A stretch of 64,000 nucleotides of DNA from Octopus vulgaris. Taxonomy: Eukaryota. The notes under the pieces are model-generated. The model did not search any database. It was not told the DNA's origin and saw only the letters and a program-made list of their open reading frames with translations. The position numbers were made by a program, and so were the translations under genes. Positions 40,061 to 52,492 of the stretch are shown here, one piece after another. The stretch spans positions 28,458,001-28,522,000 of the forward strand of contig OX597814.1 of assembly GCA_951406725.2 (NCBI GenBank), written 5' to 3'. Numbering within the stretch: position 1 is the stretch's first letter; each line of letters begins with the position of its first letter.

Positions 40061-40293
40061 GAAATACCTATTTCTTTATTACCCACAAGGAGCTAAACAC
40101 AGAGGGGACAAACAAGGACAGACATAGGTATTAAGTCGATTACATCGATCCCAGTGCGTAACTGGTACTTAATTTATCGACCCCGAAAGGATGAAAGGCA
40201 AAGTCGACCTCGGCGGAATTTGAACTCACAACGTAACGGCAGACGAAATACCGCTAAGCATTTCGCCCGGCGCGCTAACGTTTCTGCCAGCTC
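40061..40293 (-). mobile_element. SINE family B
   Basis: Monomer ending in AAAGAAATAGGTATTTC. Confidence 0.88.
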
Positions 40294-40578
40294 AAAACAA
40301 AAGAAATACCACTTCTCTCTCTCTCTCTCTTTTTTTTTTTTGTGGGAACAGTATAAACATGGCGGGGCGGGCCCAAGGGGAAGGAGCTGAGGGGCACGTA
40401 TTTCCATCAAGAAAAGAAGTGCGCCCTTCTGACCTTGTGCCCTTCCTTCGAAAAATTCCTGGGACTGCTCCTCAACATGCATACTTATACGGACATTGTC
40501 ACAAACACGTTACCTTCTTTTCTGTGGTCATTATTTATATATACATACATACATACATACATACATACATACATACAT

Positions 40579-40661
<83 letters not shown>

Positions 40662-40683
40662 GATCTGAGTATATATATATATA

Positions 40684-41077
40684 CTCTTTTACTCCTTTAC
40701 TTGTTTCAGTCATTTGACTGCGGCCATGCTTGAGCACCGCCTTTAGTCGAGCAACTCGACCCCGGGACTTATTCTTTGTAAGCCCAGTACTCATTCTATC
40801 GGTCTCTTTTGCCGAACCGCTAAGTAACGGGGACGTAAACACACCAGCATCGGTTGTCAAGCAATGCTAGTGGGACAAACACAGACACACACACACATAT
40901 ACATATACATACATATATACGACAGGCTTCTTTCAGTTTCCGTCTACCAAATCCACTCACAAGGCATTGGTCGGCCCGGGCCTATAGCAGAAGACACTTG
41001 CCCAAGATTCCACGCAGTGGGACTGAACCCGGAACCATGTGGTTGGTTAGCAAGCTACTTACCACACAGCCACTCCT
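40684..41077 (-). mobile_element. SINE family A
   Basis: Full-length reverse copy. Confidence 0.9.
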
Positions 41078-42068
41078 TGTCTTTACCTCAGATCTATTCC
41101 CCATTTTTTTAGGAGCAGGTAACCACAACAAATCACACACCAGACATTCCATTCATATCCCAGCTCAAAGAGACCATCCCTGTTCTCTGCTTGGGTCAAG
41201 GCATAGAATGCAACACCCAATATCAGTAGGAGCCCGACAGCTTTTGCTGGTTTACTCCCGCCGCATCATACTGGTTCCGTATCCCTTTGAGCAACATCAA
41301 ATTCACTCATCCGTCCACAAACACTCTCCGTATATTCCTAGTCATTATAGCAGAAGCTATTATTTTGTTTGCGTTTTCATGATGGTTCCAATCGTTGATG
41401 TAGCCAAAAATTGAAGACTTATCCACATATACCTGATGGTCGCCAGCTTCCAGTCACTTCACTTGTGATTTTACATCTTGTGTGATATTTCTTCTGGTGC
41501 CCTAGATAAACTTCCAGCAGCACTTTGATTTTCAGGCCATTCTCCAATCATGATGAGTAACAGACAAGATTGTGAAAACAATGTGTATGTGTGTATATGT
41601 GTACTTGTGTGTGTGTGTGTGTGTGTAAATGTGTGTGGGTGTGTGTGTGCATGAATGTGCATCTGTGCTTATTTGTGCATGTGTGTGCGAGTGGTAGCAT
41701 GTATGAGAGTGAATCAGTTTTTTACGATGCCACACAATCCCATTTTCTAGCAAAACACTCCTTTTTTTTAAATAATTTCTTATTCTATGAAAACAGTCCA
41801 CAATAATTTCATTTTTTTAAGGAAGATATTTATTCCTTAACAGATTCAGTTCTAGGAAAACATTTTCACTTTCTTGCAAGGAAAACCATTTTAGCCTTTA
41901 TTTTTACATTAATAGAGAAGCAAACGGTACGACAGCAAAGGAGGGGAACTTCTCTTAATATTTATTTGCCAATATTATCGTTTAAATCTAGTATTTCCTA
42001 TCCTAAGCGTTTTAGGGCCCCTTACAACATTCACCATCTTCCTATTCATTTATGTATTTATCTTACTC

Positions 42069-42443
42069 CGTGGAGGCGCAATGGCCCAGTGGTTAGGACA
42101 GCGGACTCGCGGTCATAGGATCGCGGTTTCGATTCCCAGACCGGGCGTTGTGAGTGTTTATTCAGCGAAAACACCTAAAGCTCCACGAGGCTCCGGCAGG
42201 GGATGGTGGTGATCCTTGCTGTACTCTTTCACCACAACTTTCTTTCACTCTTACTTCCTGTTTTTGTTGTACCTGTCACGGCCTTGTCACTCTCTGTGTC
42301 ACGCTGAATATCCCCGAGAACTACGTTAAGGGTACACGTGTCTGTGGAGTGCTCAGCCACTTACACGTTAATTTCACGAGCAGGCTGTTCCGTTGATTCG
42401 GATCAACCGGAACCCTCGTCGTCGTAACCGACGGAGTGCTTCC
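42069..42443 (+). mobile_element. SINE family C
   Basis: Full copy; TSD TATCTTACTCC. Confidence 0.9.
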
Positions 42444-42618
42444 AATATCTTACTCCATATATTGGTCTCAATAGCTGGTCTTTTGCTTTTAAATTTCAAC
42501 TGACCAGTTACATCGAACGTTGGACCTTGGACTCTCCCTTCGGTCAACAGATGGAAGGGCTTAACCACCTACTAGTAAATAAATAAAATTACATTTAACC
42601 GATTAGCACTTTATTATG

Positions 42619-43001
42619 GAAGCACTCCGTCGGTTACGACGACGAGGGTTCCGGTTGATCCGAATCAACGGAACAGCCTGCTCGTGAAATTAACGTGTAA
42701 GTGGCTGAGCACTCCACAGACACGTGTACCCTTAACGTAGTTCTCGGGGATATTCAGCGTGACACAGAGAGTGACAAGGCCGGCCCTTTGAAATACAGGC
42801 ACAACAGAAACAGGACGAAAGAGTGAGAGAAAGTTGTGGTGAAAGAGTACAGCAGGGATCATCACCATCCCCTGCCGGAGCCTCGTGGAGTTTTAGGTGT
42901 TTTCACTCAATAAACACTCACAACGCCCGGTCTGGGAATCGAAACCGCGATCCTATGACCGCGAGTCCGCTGCCCTAACCACTGGGCCATTGCGCCTCTA
43001 C
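42619..43001 (-). mobile_element. SINE family C
   Basis: Full copy; TSD AGCACTTTATTATG. Confidence 0.9.
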
Positions 43002-43325
43002 AGAGCACTTTATTATGATTAATACTGTTAATTAGTACTACAAAAATAACTATCATGAATTATTATGATTAATATAAAAACTTACTGTATCTTCACCCTT
43101 TCTCCGATTAAAACCTATTGGCGTATCCCACTATTGGTTTCTTTTATTTTTTATTATTTATCCATCCTATCCCACCCCACTGTACAAAAGATTAATCCAC
43201 CAATTACTATTTTTGGTTTAGTCTTTTACTTAACGTCCCAAAAAGACACACAAGCAAAATGGTATGATTACAACCATATTAAACTTTTCCCTTTTTTTTT
43301 CTCTATGCTCTTCTCTATTTATTCT

Positions 43326-43450
43326 TCATTCTGATGAAGCTCCTTGTTTCAGATCGGTTTTATTACCAAATATGATAAATATTTTTTGCATAGTTTTGCA
43401 TACCAATGGCAATACCATACAACATTGGAAGCAGAAACAGCTGTTAGATG
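43326..43450 (+). ncRNA. degenerate hammerhead-like motif with a long stem-II insertion
   Basis: catt-CTGATGA-AGCTCC...(~85 nt)...GGAAGCA-GAAAC-AGCT-GTT-agatg. Confidence 0.4.
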
Positions 43451-43956
43451 GGATGCAGTCTATTTGCATTGAATTCATGAATAATAATTGATGTAAGTCA
43501 ATTGTTGATTATCCGTACTTCTCCATTTTCTGTTTTCTTTAAATTTTGTATCTTGATAAACCCATGTTTGTCCTTGTCTTTACCTATAATTTATGAGCAT
43601 AATATTTTTGCATATGTATGCCCATGGTTAAATATAGGCAATATACTGGTAGTATAATGGATACTTCTATCCCTTAGATGGTTATTTTAACCTCTAACTC
43701 AACTAACCTAAGAATATTAAACATAATAAAATAATGTTATGGAAGCTATCATTATTTCATTATGTATCAAAATAAATTTAAGAGAATTTACAAATGTAGA
43801 ATTCCCATGGCTCACATCGCTAGTTAATATAATAATGTAGGGCTTACCCATAGAAAATATAGGCCCTGAAACATGAGTACTATGGCGAATTAGAGTGAAT
43901 CGGAGTCTACTGTTTGTTTATATACATGCAACTAATATATAGAAAATTTTCTATGC

Positions 43957-44305
43957 GTAGGCATGGCTATGGTAGCGGAACTCCCTTTGCGATCACGTAG
44001 TTTTGGGTTCAGTTCCACTGTACGGCAACTTAGGCAGCTGACTTCTTCCGCAGCCTTGGCCATCCAATGCCTTGTGAATGAATTCGGCTAACGGAAACTG
44101 TGTAGAAGCCCGTTGCATATGTATATATGTGTGTCTTTCTATTGTCTCTCCACCGTTTGACAACCGATATTGGTTTGTATATGTGCCCGTAACATAGCAC
44201 TTTGGCAAAAGAGATCGATAGAATAAGTACCAGACTAAAAAATTAAGCACTGGGGCCGATTTGTCTGACTTAACCCTTCAAGACAGTGTCACCGCATGGC
44301 CGTGA
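43957..44305 (+). mobile_element. SINE family A, old and diverged
   Basis: Degenerate head GGCATGGCTATGG...GGGTTCAGTTCC and tail GATAGAATAAGTACC. Confidence 0.65.
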
Positions 44306-44567
44306 TCCAAAGATGTTCAGGTTCCTTGTATGTCTCCACTGTCCGTTTTTTGTTCCCAACTTTGACCCTCCATAAATCTTAAAATTTTATTTTAGAATTT
44401 ATGGGAGGAACTGTCGTTGAATGCTTGAAATGAGGAGTAGATAGACAGCTGACAACTGATGAAGAGTCCTTTCTCTGTGTTTATATGTCCTGTTTTCCAT
44501 TTTTCTCGCGTTGTTTACGTATTTCATGTTGTTTGTACAGTTGGTGACGCCCTGTATCCATATATGC

Positions 44568-44647
<80 letters not shown>

Positions 44648-44800
44648 ATATATATATATATATATATGCATATATGGGCATATATATATATATATATATA
44701 TGCATATATGGGCATATATATATATATATATATATAAAAATAAATATATATATATATATATGCATATATGGGCATATATATATATATGTATGCATATATG

Positions 44801-44850
<50 letters not shown>

Positions 44851-44911
44851 TAATCAAAGGACATACTAAGTATGTCTACCTGCTGGAAATAGCAGTCAAA
44901 ACCTTATTTAA

Positions 44912-44952
<41 letters not shown>

Positions 44953-44956
<4 letters not shown>

Positions 44957-45231
44957 TGCAGCGTAGAAGGTGTTTATAAGCGATTTAAGAAACACACAAA
45001 AGCCGTTCGATTCACTTCAACATTTAAGTTTAATTTGTCAAAATAATTTCGTCGCTAAAATCCGCGACCTGTTCACTGATGCTCAGATGCAGCACGGATT
45101 TTTGTCAGTGAACAGGTCGCGGATTTTAGCGACGAAAATATTTTGACAAATTAAACTTAAATGTTGAAGTGAATCGAACGGCTTTTGTGTGTTTCTTAAA
45201 TGGCTTACAAACACCTTCCACGCTGCAATTG
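44953..45231. repeat. ~280 bp near-perfect palindrome (~127 bp arms) between (TA)n tracts
   Basis: CAATTGCAGCG...GACCTGTTCACTGA [~25 nt] TCAGTGAACAGGTC...CGCTGCAATTG. Confidence 0.92.
45101..45150 (+). ncRNA. type-I hammerhead-like motif with G3-C8 swapped core
   Basis: TTTGTCA-GTGAACA-G-GTCGC-ggatttta-GCGAC-GAA-AATATT-T-TGACAAA: 7-bp stem I, 5-bp stem II, palindromic stem III. Confidence 0.6.
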
Positions 45232-45929
45232 TTTTCGTTTCAGCACACGATCTCAGATCAAATTACTTGCTATGCGAGTACATCTCCGTAATATATATAT
45301 ATTGTTGTATTTCGGAAATCTTTCTTCACACATGTGACCGCTTCACTGACACTTTCCGTTTTCGTGTGTGATCTTGCTCTACTTACTACATTCTGTTCTT
45401 CTGAGATGTGTATCGCTATGTGCGCATGCGTTTGTGTCCTTGTGTGCGTGCGTGTGTGCTTGTGTGTGTGTGTGTGTGTGTCATAGTTTTTAGCAGCAGT
45501 ATGGCCTTCCCTTCAGCCCCTTCCTCTCACCCCACAGTGCTACTTCTGTCCTAAGACCCCGAGAAAAATATGATATAGTTTCTGTATTCCTCTGTGTATG
45601 TGTGTTCGCCCACGGTGTTGCCATCGCGGTAGTTGTTGTTATTGGCATCGTTGGCACCACCGCAGTTGCTGACCGTGTTAGATGAATTTTCACGTGTCTG
45701 AGTTTGTGTGTATGGGTTCACTTCGTATGTATTCATGCCCTTTATATAGTTTTATTTATTTTATCTAACTCTGTCTTACATTTATCACAGGTATGTGACA
45801 GATATATTTATATATATATATTTATTTATTTATCTATTTACATATTTATCCATTTACCTTTTTTCATACATCTATCTCTATTTCTCATGAGTATCTCTCT
45901 TCTCATCCCTACTGTCTTTAGGCACGTGG

Positions 45930-47580
45930 AGTAGTGGTGGGTGCTACTGTTCCATTCATGTTTTCTATTGAGGCCCGGTCTGTCTACTGTTATGTATGTA
46001 GCCTCTGTAATCTAAGTGTCGTGTCAGTTCTATGTGTCAATAGTACTTTAACCTCTATGTTATTAATCGAGTATCCATGTTCTGCCTAGCACTGACGAGC
46101 TTTTCCCTTCTTGCTTTTTTTTAGCTCCCGCCAATGTCCACCTATCCGCTCTCCTATGCTGCGTGCAGTCTCAGCAATGTAGGTAGTTGTCATGCTTCTG
46201 CACCGTTCCTCAGTACATCGTAAGCTATACGCCGTATTCCTAACCCTACAGTTAACCTGTAGGTTTATCCTACATACAACACAATTCTACTCCGTACAGG
46301 GGGACTTATCAAAGGAATAGGTATTGTAGATCAGGGATTTTAAAGGGGCTCCAGGCCTCTCTACTACTTTAATTCGTAGATTAGCCTTACTTAGTGTTTT
46401 TTTCTAAAAAGGTGTGCTTGTTCGCCAGGGGTAGCATCAACGAATATGAGACTTTGGTATTTTTTGTTGTCATACCAAGTGTTGGCTTTCTTTATCTTAT
46501 TACTGTTCCTTTCCGTTATGTTCCAGGATTTACTCCAGTAAAGCGGGCAGACCCCCTTAGCATCTCTCTCTATGATGGCTTTGTATTTAGTCCTGGTTTA
46601 TTTGTACACTGTAATCCTGTCCCTTTGGTTGTAGCCGTAGAACTGCATGCGGTGGATGAAGTAATGTATGTGTTTCTAATTCCATTGGGTTGCACATGCG
46701 AGAAACATTCCTCATCCCTTTCACCATCAGTCAGCTGTCAGAGTGTCGAATTTGGCGTTGTCCGCAATCGCTGCGTTCTTGTGAACAAAGTACATAGAGG
46801 CCATGAGCTTGGTATAATGAGAGAGAAGGATCTGGACATTGCCGTTCTTCGTTTCTAGCCAGAATTCAGTATCTAAAACAAATGATCTATAGTTAGGGTG
46901 CTTACTAGAATAGCCTATCGTTATTTCTATGCCCTGGTGGATGGAGTTAGTTATTTGCTGGATGCTCTCCATAGTGTTAGCTTCTAGATCATCAACATTG
47001 TTTTGTAGGGTTGCTCTGGTTATTATGTTGATATCGTCCACGTAGCGGGAGTACATGGTTAGGTTTATGGAGTTCTCTTCTAATTTCTCTTTAAGTCTCC
47101 TATCCCACCATACCATAAATAGGTTAGCCATATCGCCAGCAATGCTGACACCGATGGCTTCACCTTCATCTTGGGCGTATATCTTGTTATTAAACTTAAA
47201 TATATAGCCCTTCAGTGTGGTCTTGGTACTCGCACCTACTGCATGTGCGACCATCTTTTTAACCTGATCATTATTTTCGGGGGTCCGTATAGGTCGTTCC
47301 ATCTCCTTTTATGGGTCTTCTTGGCCATAGAAGTTATAGTGGGGCGGGGTCCTACCACTTATCGATCTAGTGGGTCAGAATCAACTATGGTTATGTTTAT
47401 CTAAGCAATCATTGTCGCATGTCAGTCTCAGGAGGAGGCCAGTTCTTCAGTGTCAACACCACGGAACTCCACATCACTCTCGCTGATCACCTTCACAAAT
47501 TTTTCCACAGCAAAATTAACATCAATGGATGGGTATAGGGACACTACGTCCATACTGTCAATTATGCATCTCGTCAGGTT
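45930..47580 (-). pseudogene. decayed Penelope-like element: RT + GIY-YIG
   Basis: SMDVVSLYPSID, YAQDEGEAIG, YSRYVDDI (ORF 46727-47302); downstream C..C..NCRVRN..Y..C, YIAETARSIGERI..H, LNRKHEWN. Confidence 0.85.
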
Positions 47581-47619
47581 GTGGGTATGGTGTATATACG
47601 TGACGGGCTTCTTTTAGTT

Positions 47620-47842
47620 ACCTATTTCTTTACTACCCACAAGGGGCTAAACACAGAGAGGATAGACAAACGGATTAAGTCGATTATATCGACCCCAGTG
47701 CGAAACTGGTACTTTATTTATCGACCCCGAAAGGATAAAAGACAAAGTTGACCTCGGCGGAATTTGAACTTTGAACGTAGCGGCAGACGAAATACCGTTA
47801 AGTATTTCGCCCGGCGCGCTAACGTTTCTGCCAGCTCGCCGC
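47620..47842 (-). mobile_element. SINE family B nested in a family A fragment (47600-47990)
   Basis: TSD GCTTCTTTTAGTTACC on both sides. Confidence 0.85.
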
Positions 47843-48435
47843 TTCTTTTAGTTACCGTCTATCAAATTCACTCACAAAACATTGGTCGGCCGAGGTTATA
47901 GTTGAAGGCACTTGCCCAAAGTGCCATGCAGTGGGACTGAATCTGGAACCATGTAGTTGGGAAGTTAGCTTCTTCCTACGCAACCACGTCAAATTTTTTA
48001 AATTTTATTTTTCATATACTACTCCCTTTTAGTGTGAAAATAATATAGCGCTTAGTCTTGAGAAAGTATTCCTACAATGTACACAAAATGCTGGGTTTTA
48101 TGCGAGAGACTCTTTGTAATACTTGCGAACCATAAACACGAATGTATTTAGTTTCAACGCCAATTATATGCTGTATTACCTTACCTATTGGGTATAAGAT
48201 TTAGCTATTTTGAAGCGTTCTTTTTTTTTTCCATTTTGGTAATTTGAGAAAACTACGTTGCATCTTTGCGTTCCCTCTTATTGCTTTGCCCAACTTCGAT
48301 AATCGGGCAAGTGTTGAGATCAACACTTGACCGATTAAAGCATTTGAAAAACCATAAAGAATTTTTAAAAATAATACGTAATAAACAAACAATCATATTA
48401 CCAGGCCACGTGGATCAATATATATATATATATAT

Positions 48436-49197
48436 TTTCTTTAAGTAGTAGAAATGCTAAGAAAAAAATTTTTTTGGCTGCTATTTCTACTAAGTTCAGT
48501 ATGTGGCAAAGTAATTTATTTTACTAAGCCCTAATTATATAATGTAATATTTTGAATTCGCCTTAAATGGTCCTTTTACATACTGAACACTTGGTGAAAT
48601 TGATTAATTAATTAATTTTACCCTCAATTGTTGATATTATAATTCATTTCTCTCGGTCATACTGCCTCAGTTCTCGCGGTTAAAATATAATGTTTGCTAG
48701 ATAGACCACGTGGGTGGAATGGGGAGTGCAGAATTTTACGCCTTCGCATTTTGAATTTGTTGACACTGTTTAGTTGGAGTGGTTCATCTGAAGCGACAAG
48801 TTCGCTGATAGGTAAAGTTCCTTCTTTTAGTGTTTCCAAATCCAAATTAAGAAATTTTGAGCTGACGAAAGAAATGCTGATTTTATTTGGCTAATCTTGA
48901 AACGTTGACGTACTCAAACGATCTATGTACTTGTGATATTTTTCTGTATTTACCCCCAAACCTTCGTGAGCTGTCTGGAGTAAACATTATCTGAGAGAAA
49001 TTTTCTTTAAGTAGTAGAAATGCTAAGAAAAAAATTTTTTTGGCTGCTATTTCTACTAAGTTCAGTATGTGGCAAAGTAATTTATTTTACTAAGCCCTAA
49101 TTATATAATGTAATATTTTGAATTCGCCTTAAATGGTCCTTTTACATACTGAACACTTGGTGAAATTGATTAATTAATTAATTTTACCCTCAATTGT

Positions 49198-49200
<3 letters not shown>
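48436..49200 (+). mobile_element. non-coding element with ~200 bp direct terminal repeats (48436-48637, 49001-49202) and an internal hammerhead
   Basis: The repeats TTTTCTTTAAGTAGTAG...CAATTGTTGATAT are near-identical; (TA)n on both sides. Confidence 0.8.
48856..48918 (+). ncRNA. type-I hammerhead ribozyme, canonical core
   Basis: TTTGAG-CTGACGA-AAGA..GCTGA..TTGGC..TCTT-GAA-ACGT-tg-ACGT-A-CTCAAA; GUA cleavage triplet. Confidence 0.8.
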
Positions 49201-49275
<75 letters not shown>

Positions 49276-50086
49276 ATATAGTATAAGTCTCTTTTACGAA
49301 TTAGCTTGAATGCTAATGTACCTATAAAAAATATCTCACAATATATTGGTAAAAAAAACTTTGGACAGCAAAAGACTGCTAAGGCAGGCACCAACGTGAC
49401 TCAACCTTCTCATCTAACATGTCTCAAGCTGTCGTGATGCTATAATACTAAAGGGATTCGTTAAATTAGAACCTTTAATCTTATTAGTAAGAGAGATGTT
49501 ACTACATTTAAATTGTAAATTAGTAGCAAAGTGCGATATGAAATTCTTTCCGTTCAAGGGTTCACATTCAAGCTACTTCGTAGAAAAGTCTTTTCCACAT
49601 TTCTCGATGTTTCTAAATCACGGTGGAAATGTTATATGTTTATTATATGTTTATTTATAACAGTTTTTACCACTACTGCTACAACCACAACAGGTCACTT
49701 TTAGGTCACTTGACCACCAAAGTGGATTCCACGGACAGGCTCTACTATTGGATTATACCAGTTCTTCTTCTTCTTCTTCTTCTTCTTCTTCTTCTTCTTC
49801 TTCTTCTTCTTCTTCTTCCTCCTCCTCCTCGACTGCTGTTGCTTAAGCTATCAAACTTCAGAACCAAATATTTCTCTGCACTCTATTTTTCCAGATCTGC
49901 AACTACCTACCGAGCCTTCGCAAAGGAAAAGATAGAGAGAGACAGCAAAAAGAAAAAAAAGAAAAAATGTCCTCCTTGTTTGAAGACTATGGAAATATTT
50001 ACAAAAAAAAAGAAAAAGATTTCATTTAATTTTTTCTTCAATTTAATTGTTTTTCTTTTTAATTGATATTCACCTTTGTTTTACTC

Positions 50087-50123
50087 TTAGTTGAAAAAGT
50101 TGAAAGACTGAAACCGGTACTAA
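50087..50123 (+). ncRNA. type-I hammerhead-like motif with U3-A8 core (in a PLE-terminal-repeat-like region ~49620-50170)
   Basis: TTAG-TTGAAAA-AGTT-gaaa-GACT-GAAAC-CG-GTA-CTAA. Confidence 0.6.
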
Positions 50124-50231
50124 CCATTACAAAATGTATTTCATGATAAAATTATTTTAGTATTTTCTACCGAAGACGGGTGTGTAAACAACAAACAGAT
50201 GTATTAGTTTAACGCTCGGGAAGTGAGAAAG

Positions 50232-50268
50232 TCTTTTACGTTTCGAGCCTATGCTCTTCGACAGAAAG
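50232..50268 (-). ncRNA. minimal hammerhead-like motif (A6U) in PLE-derived element 50170-50300
   Basis: Reverse complement CTTT-CTGTCGA-A-GAGC-atag-GCTC-GAAAC-GTA-AAAG. Confidence 0.6.
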
Positions 50269-50327
50269 GAACAAAGAAATAAACAGGGCGAGAAAATAGA
50301 AAGTAGGTATAAAATACATATACACAT

Positions 50328-50491
50328 AGGCGCAGGAGTGGCTGTCTGGTAAGTAGCTTGCTAACCAACCACATGGTTCCGGGTTCAGTCCCACTGCGTG
50401 GCATCTTGGGCAAGTGTCTTCTGCTATAGCCCCGGGCCAACCAATGCCTTGTGAGTGGATTTGGTAGACGGAAACTGAAAGAAGCCTGTCG

Positions 50492-50524
<33 letters not shown>

Positions 50525-50753
50525 ATGTGTATGTGTTTGTGTGTCTGTGCTTGTCCCCCTAGCATTGCTTGACAACCGATGCTGGTGTGTTTACGTCCCC
50601 GTAACTTAGCGGTTCGGCAAAAGAGACCGATAGAATAAGTACTGGGCTTACAAAGAATAAGTCCCGGGGTCGATTTGCTCGACTAAAGGCGGTGCTCCAG
50701 CATGGCCGCAGTCAAATGACTGAAACAAGTAAAAGAGTAAAAGAGAAAAGAGT
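50328..50753 (+). mobile_element. SINE family A
   Basis: Full-length copy. Confidence 0.9.
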
Positions 50754-50756
50754 ATA

Positions 50757-51989
50757 CAAGGTGGGTGGAAAGTAACAAGGCATAAGTAATTGCTTATAGA
50801 ATTTTCAGTATCACTGAAGTCATGACGAAATCAGTTTTTAAACAGACAACACTAATGGGGATTTCTTATTTTCTTATTGTCTTATTTCTTACTAGCAGTA
50901 TCGCCCGGCGTTGCTCGGGTTTGTAAGGGAAATAACTATATAAGCATTTTTAGAGAGTTATAGCCAAAAATAGCAAATAATGCATTAAAAATGGAAAAAA
51001 AATGATGGTAATTTTTTTAAAATCGTTAACTCATCGTAGACATTTTTAGAGAGTTACTTCCATTATATAATAGCGAAAAAAATGCATTAAAATGGAAAAA
51101 AATGATGGTAAATTTTTTTTAAATCGTTGACTCATCGTAGACATTTTTAGAGAGTTACTTCCATTATATAATAGCGAGAAAAAATGCATTAAAATGGAAA
51201 AAAATGATGGTAATTTTTTTTTAATCGTAGACTCATCGTAGACGCGCGCTAATACCCAGAAGGGCTCGATATGAATCACGACTATAAGATACCCGGTTTT
51301 GGTTAAACATCACCTCAAAATGTGGGAGTAGTTTGGAATCTAAATCGTAGGAGACAGACACACAACTTCACTTTTACATATGAAGATTTCTTATTTTCGA
51401 GATGGCCGGTCGCTTGACTGTTCAGGAGCGAGCTAAGATAGCAGCACACTACGAAGTGTGGAATTCCATTGTTTTGGTTCAGAGATGTAGGTGTGCATAG
51501 AAAGGTAATCATGCAACACTATGTCCGGTGACAATAAAAAGTTGTCATGCAAAGCTGATGATCACGGGCTCTGTGAACGATGCAAGAAGAAGTGGCCGTC
51601 CAACCACATCCCGATCAGCAGAGAATGTGGCAACAGTGCAGGAGCTGTTTAATCGCAGCCCGCAACAATTAACACGTCAAGCAGCTCGTGAAAGTGAAAG
51701 TGGAGTTCAGAACTCCAAGAAGTCCAGGTCTCATTCCATGTGATTTTTATCTGTAGGGTTAGACAAAAGAGATGTACAAGACAAAACCTCGCACACTGGA
51801 GGTTCTCAATGATATTCTAGGCCACCCGAGGAATCTGGTTGACGCCACTGGTGCTTACGTTGAAATATGAAGATTTACTTTCATTATCCCATGTAATAAA
51901 GAACATGTATAATTTGTTTCAATAAATTTGCAAAAGGAATATGGCTTTTATTACCAATTTCTAATACCTACTTACCTTCGCCCACCCTG
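50757..51989 (+). mobile_element. degenerate Tc1/mariner DNA transposon with a nested Helitron
   Basis: TIR-like CAAGGTGGGTGGAAAGTAA / TTACCTTCGCCCACCCTG; remnant GSVNDARRSGRPTTSRS...SPQQLTRQAARE (HTH and GRP motif). Confidence 0.7.
50892..51386 (-). mobile_element. non-autonomous Helitron with ~100 bp internal tandem repeats
   Basis: Same CTAG-hairpin end and body as 5567-6203; three units of TTTTTAGAGAGTTA...GCATTAAAATGGAAAAAAATGATGGTAA. Confidence 0.85.
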
Positions 51990-51991
51990 TT

Positions 51992-52044
<53 letters not shown>

Positions 52045-52097
52045 CCTTTTTTTCTCTCCTTTTTTCTCTCCTTGTTTCTCTCCTTGTTTTCTGTGTC

Positions 52098-52135
52098 CCT
52101 TTCTGTAGAAGAGCGTAGGCTCGAAACGTAAAAGA
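52098..52135 (+). ncRNA. minimal hammerhead-like motif (A6U) in PLE-derived element 52045-52232
   Basis: CTTT-CTGTAGA-A-GAGC-gtag-GCTC-GAAAC-GTA-AAAG; (TA)n on both sides. Confidence 0.6.
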
Positions 52136-52230
52136 CTTTTTCTATTCCTGAGCGTTGTACTAATACATCTGTTTGTTTTGTACACCACCTGTCTTCGTCT
52201 TTTGTTGTTGTTTTTTTCGTAAACTCTCCC

Positions 52231-52286
<56 letters not shown>

Positions 52287-52420
52287 TAAATTAGAGATAA
52301 AGCCACTATTAGGCAAATCAAACAATGAAAAACATAAGCCAATACATGAAATTAATTAATTTATATTATTTTAAATATATATCAAAAGTATTAAAAGTTT
52401 AATAAAAGATAAAGAGTAAA

Positions 52421-52492
52421 ACACTACGATCGTTTCATGGCTGTACAATTCGTAATAATTCGAGTTATGGTTACAGTCAATCTTCAGGTAAT
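52421..52492 (-). ncRNA. type-I hammerhead ribozyme, canonical core
   Basis: Reverse complement tac-CTGAAGA-TTGACTGTA...TACAGCCAT-GAA-ACGATCGT-A-gtg; palindromic stem III. Confidence 0.6.

Noticed and set aside
48657-48894. Short ORFs inside the direct-repeat element
   Set aside because: Non-ATG starts, no domain similarity; the structure is better explained by the hammerhead unit.
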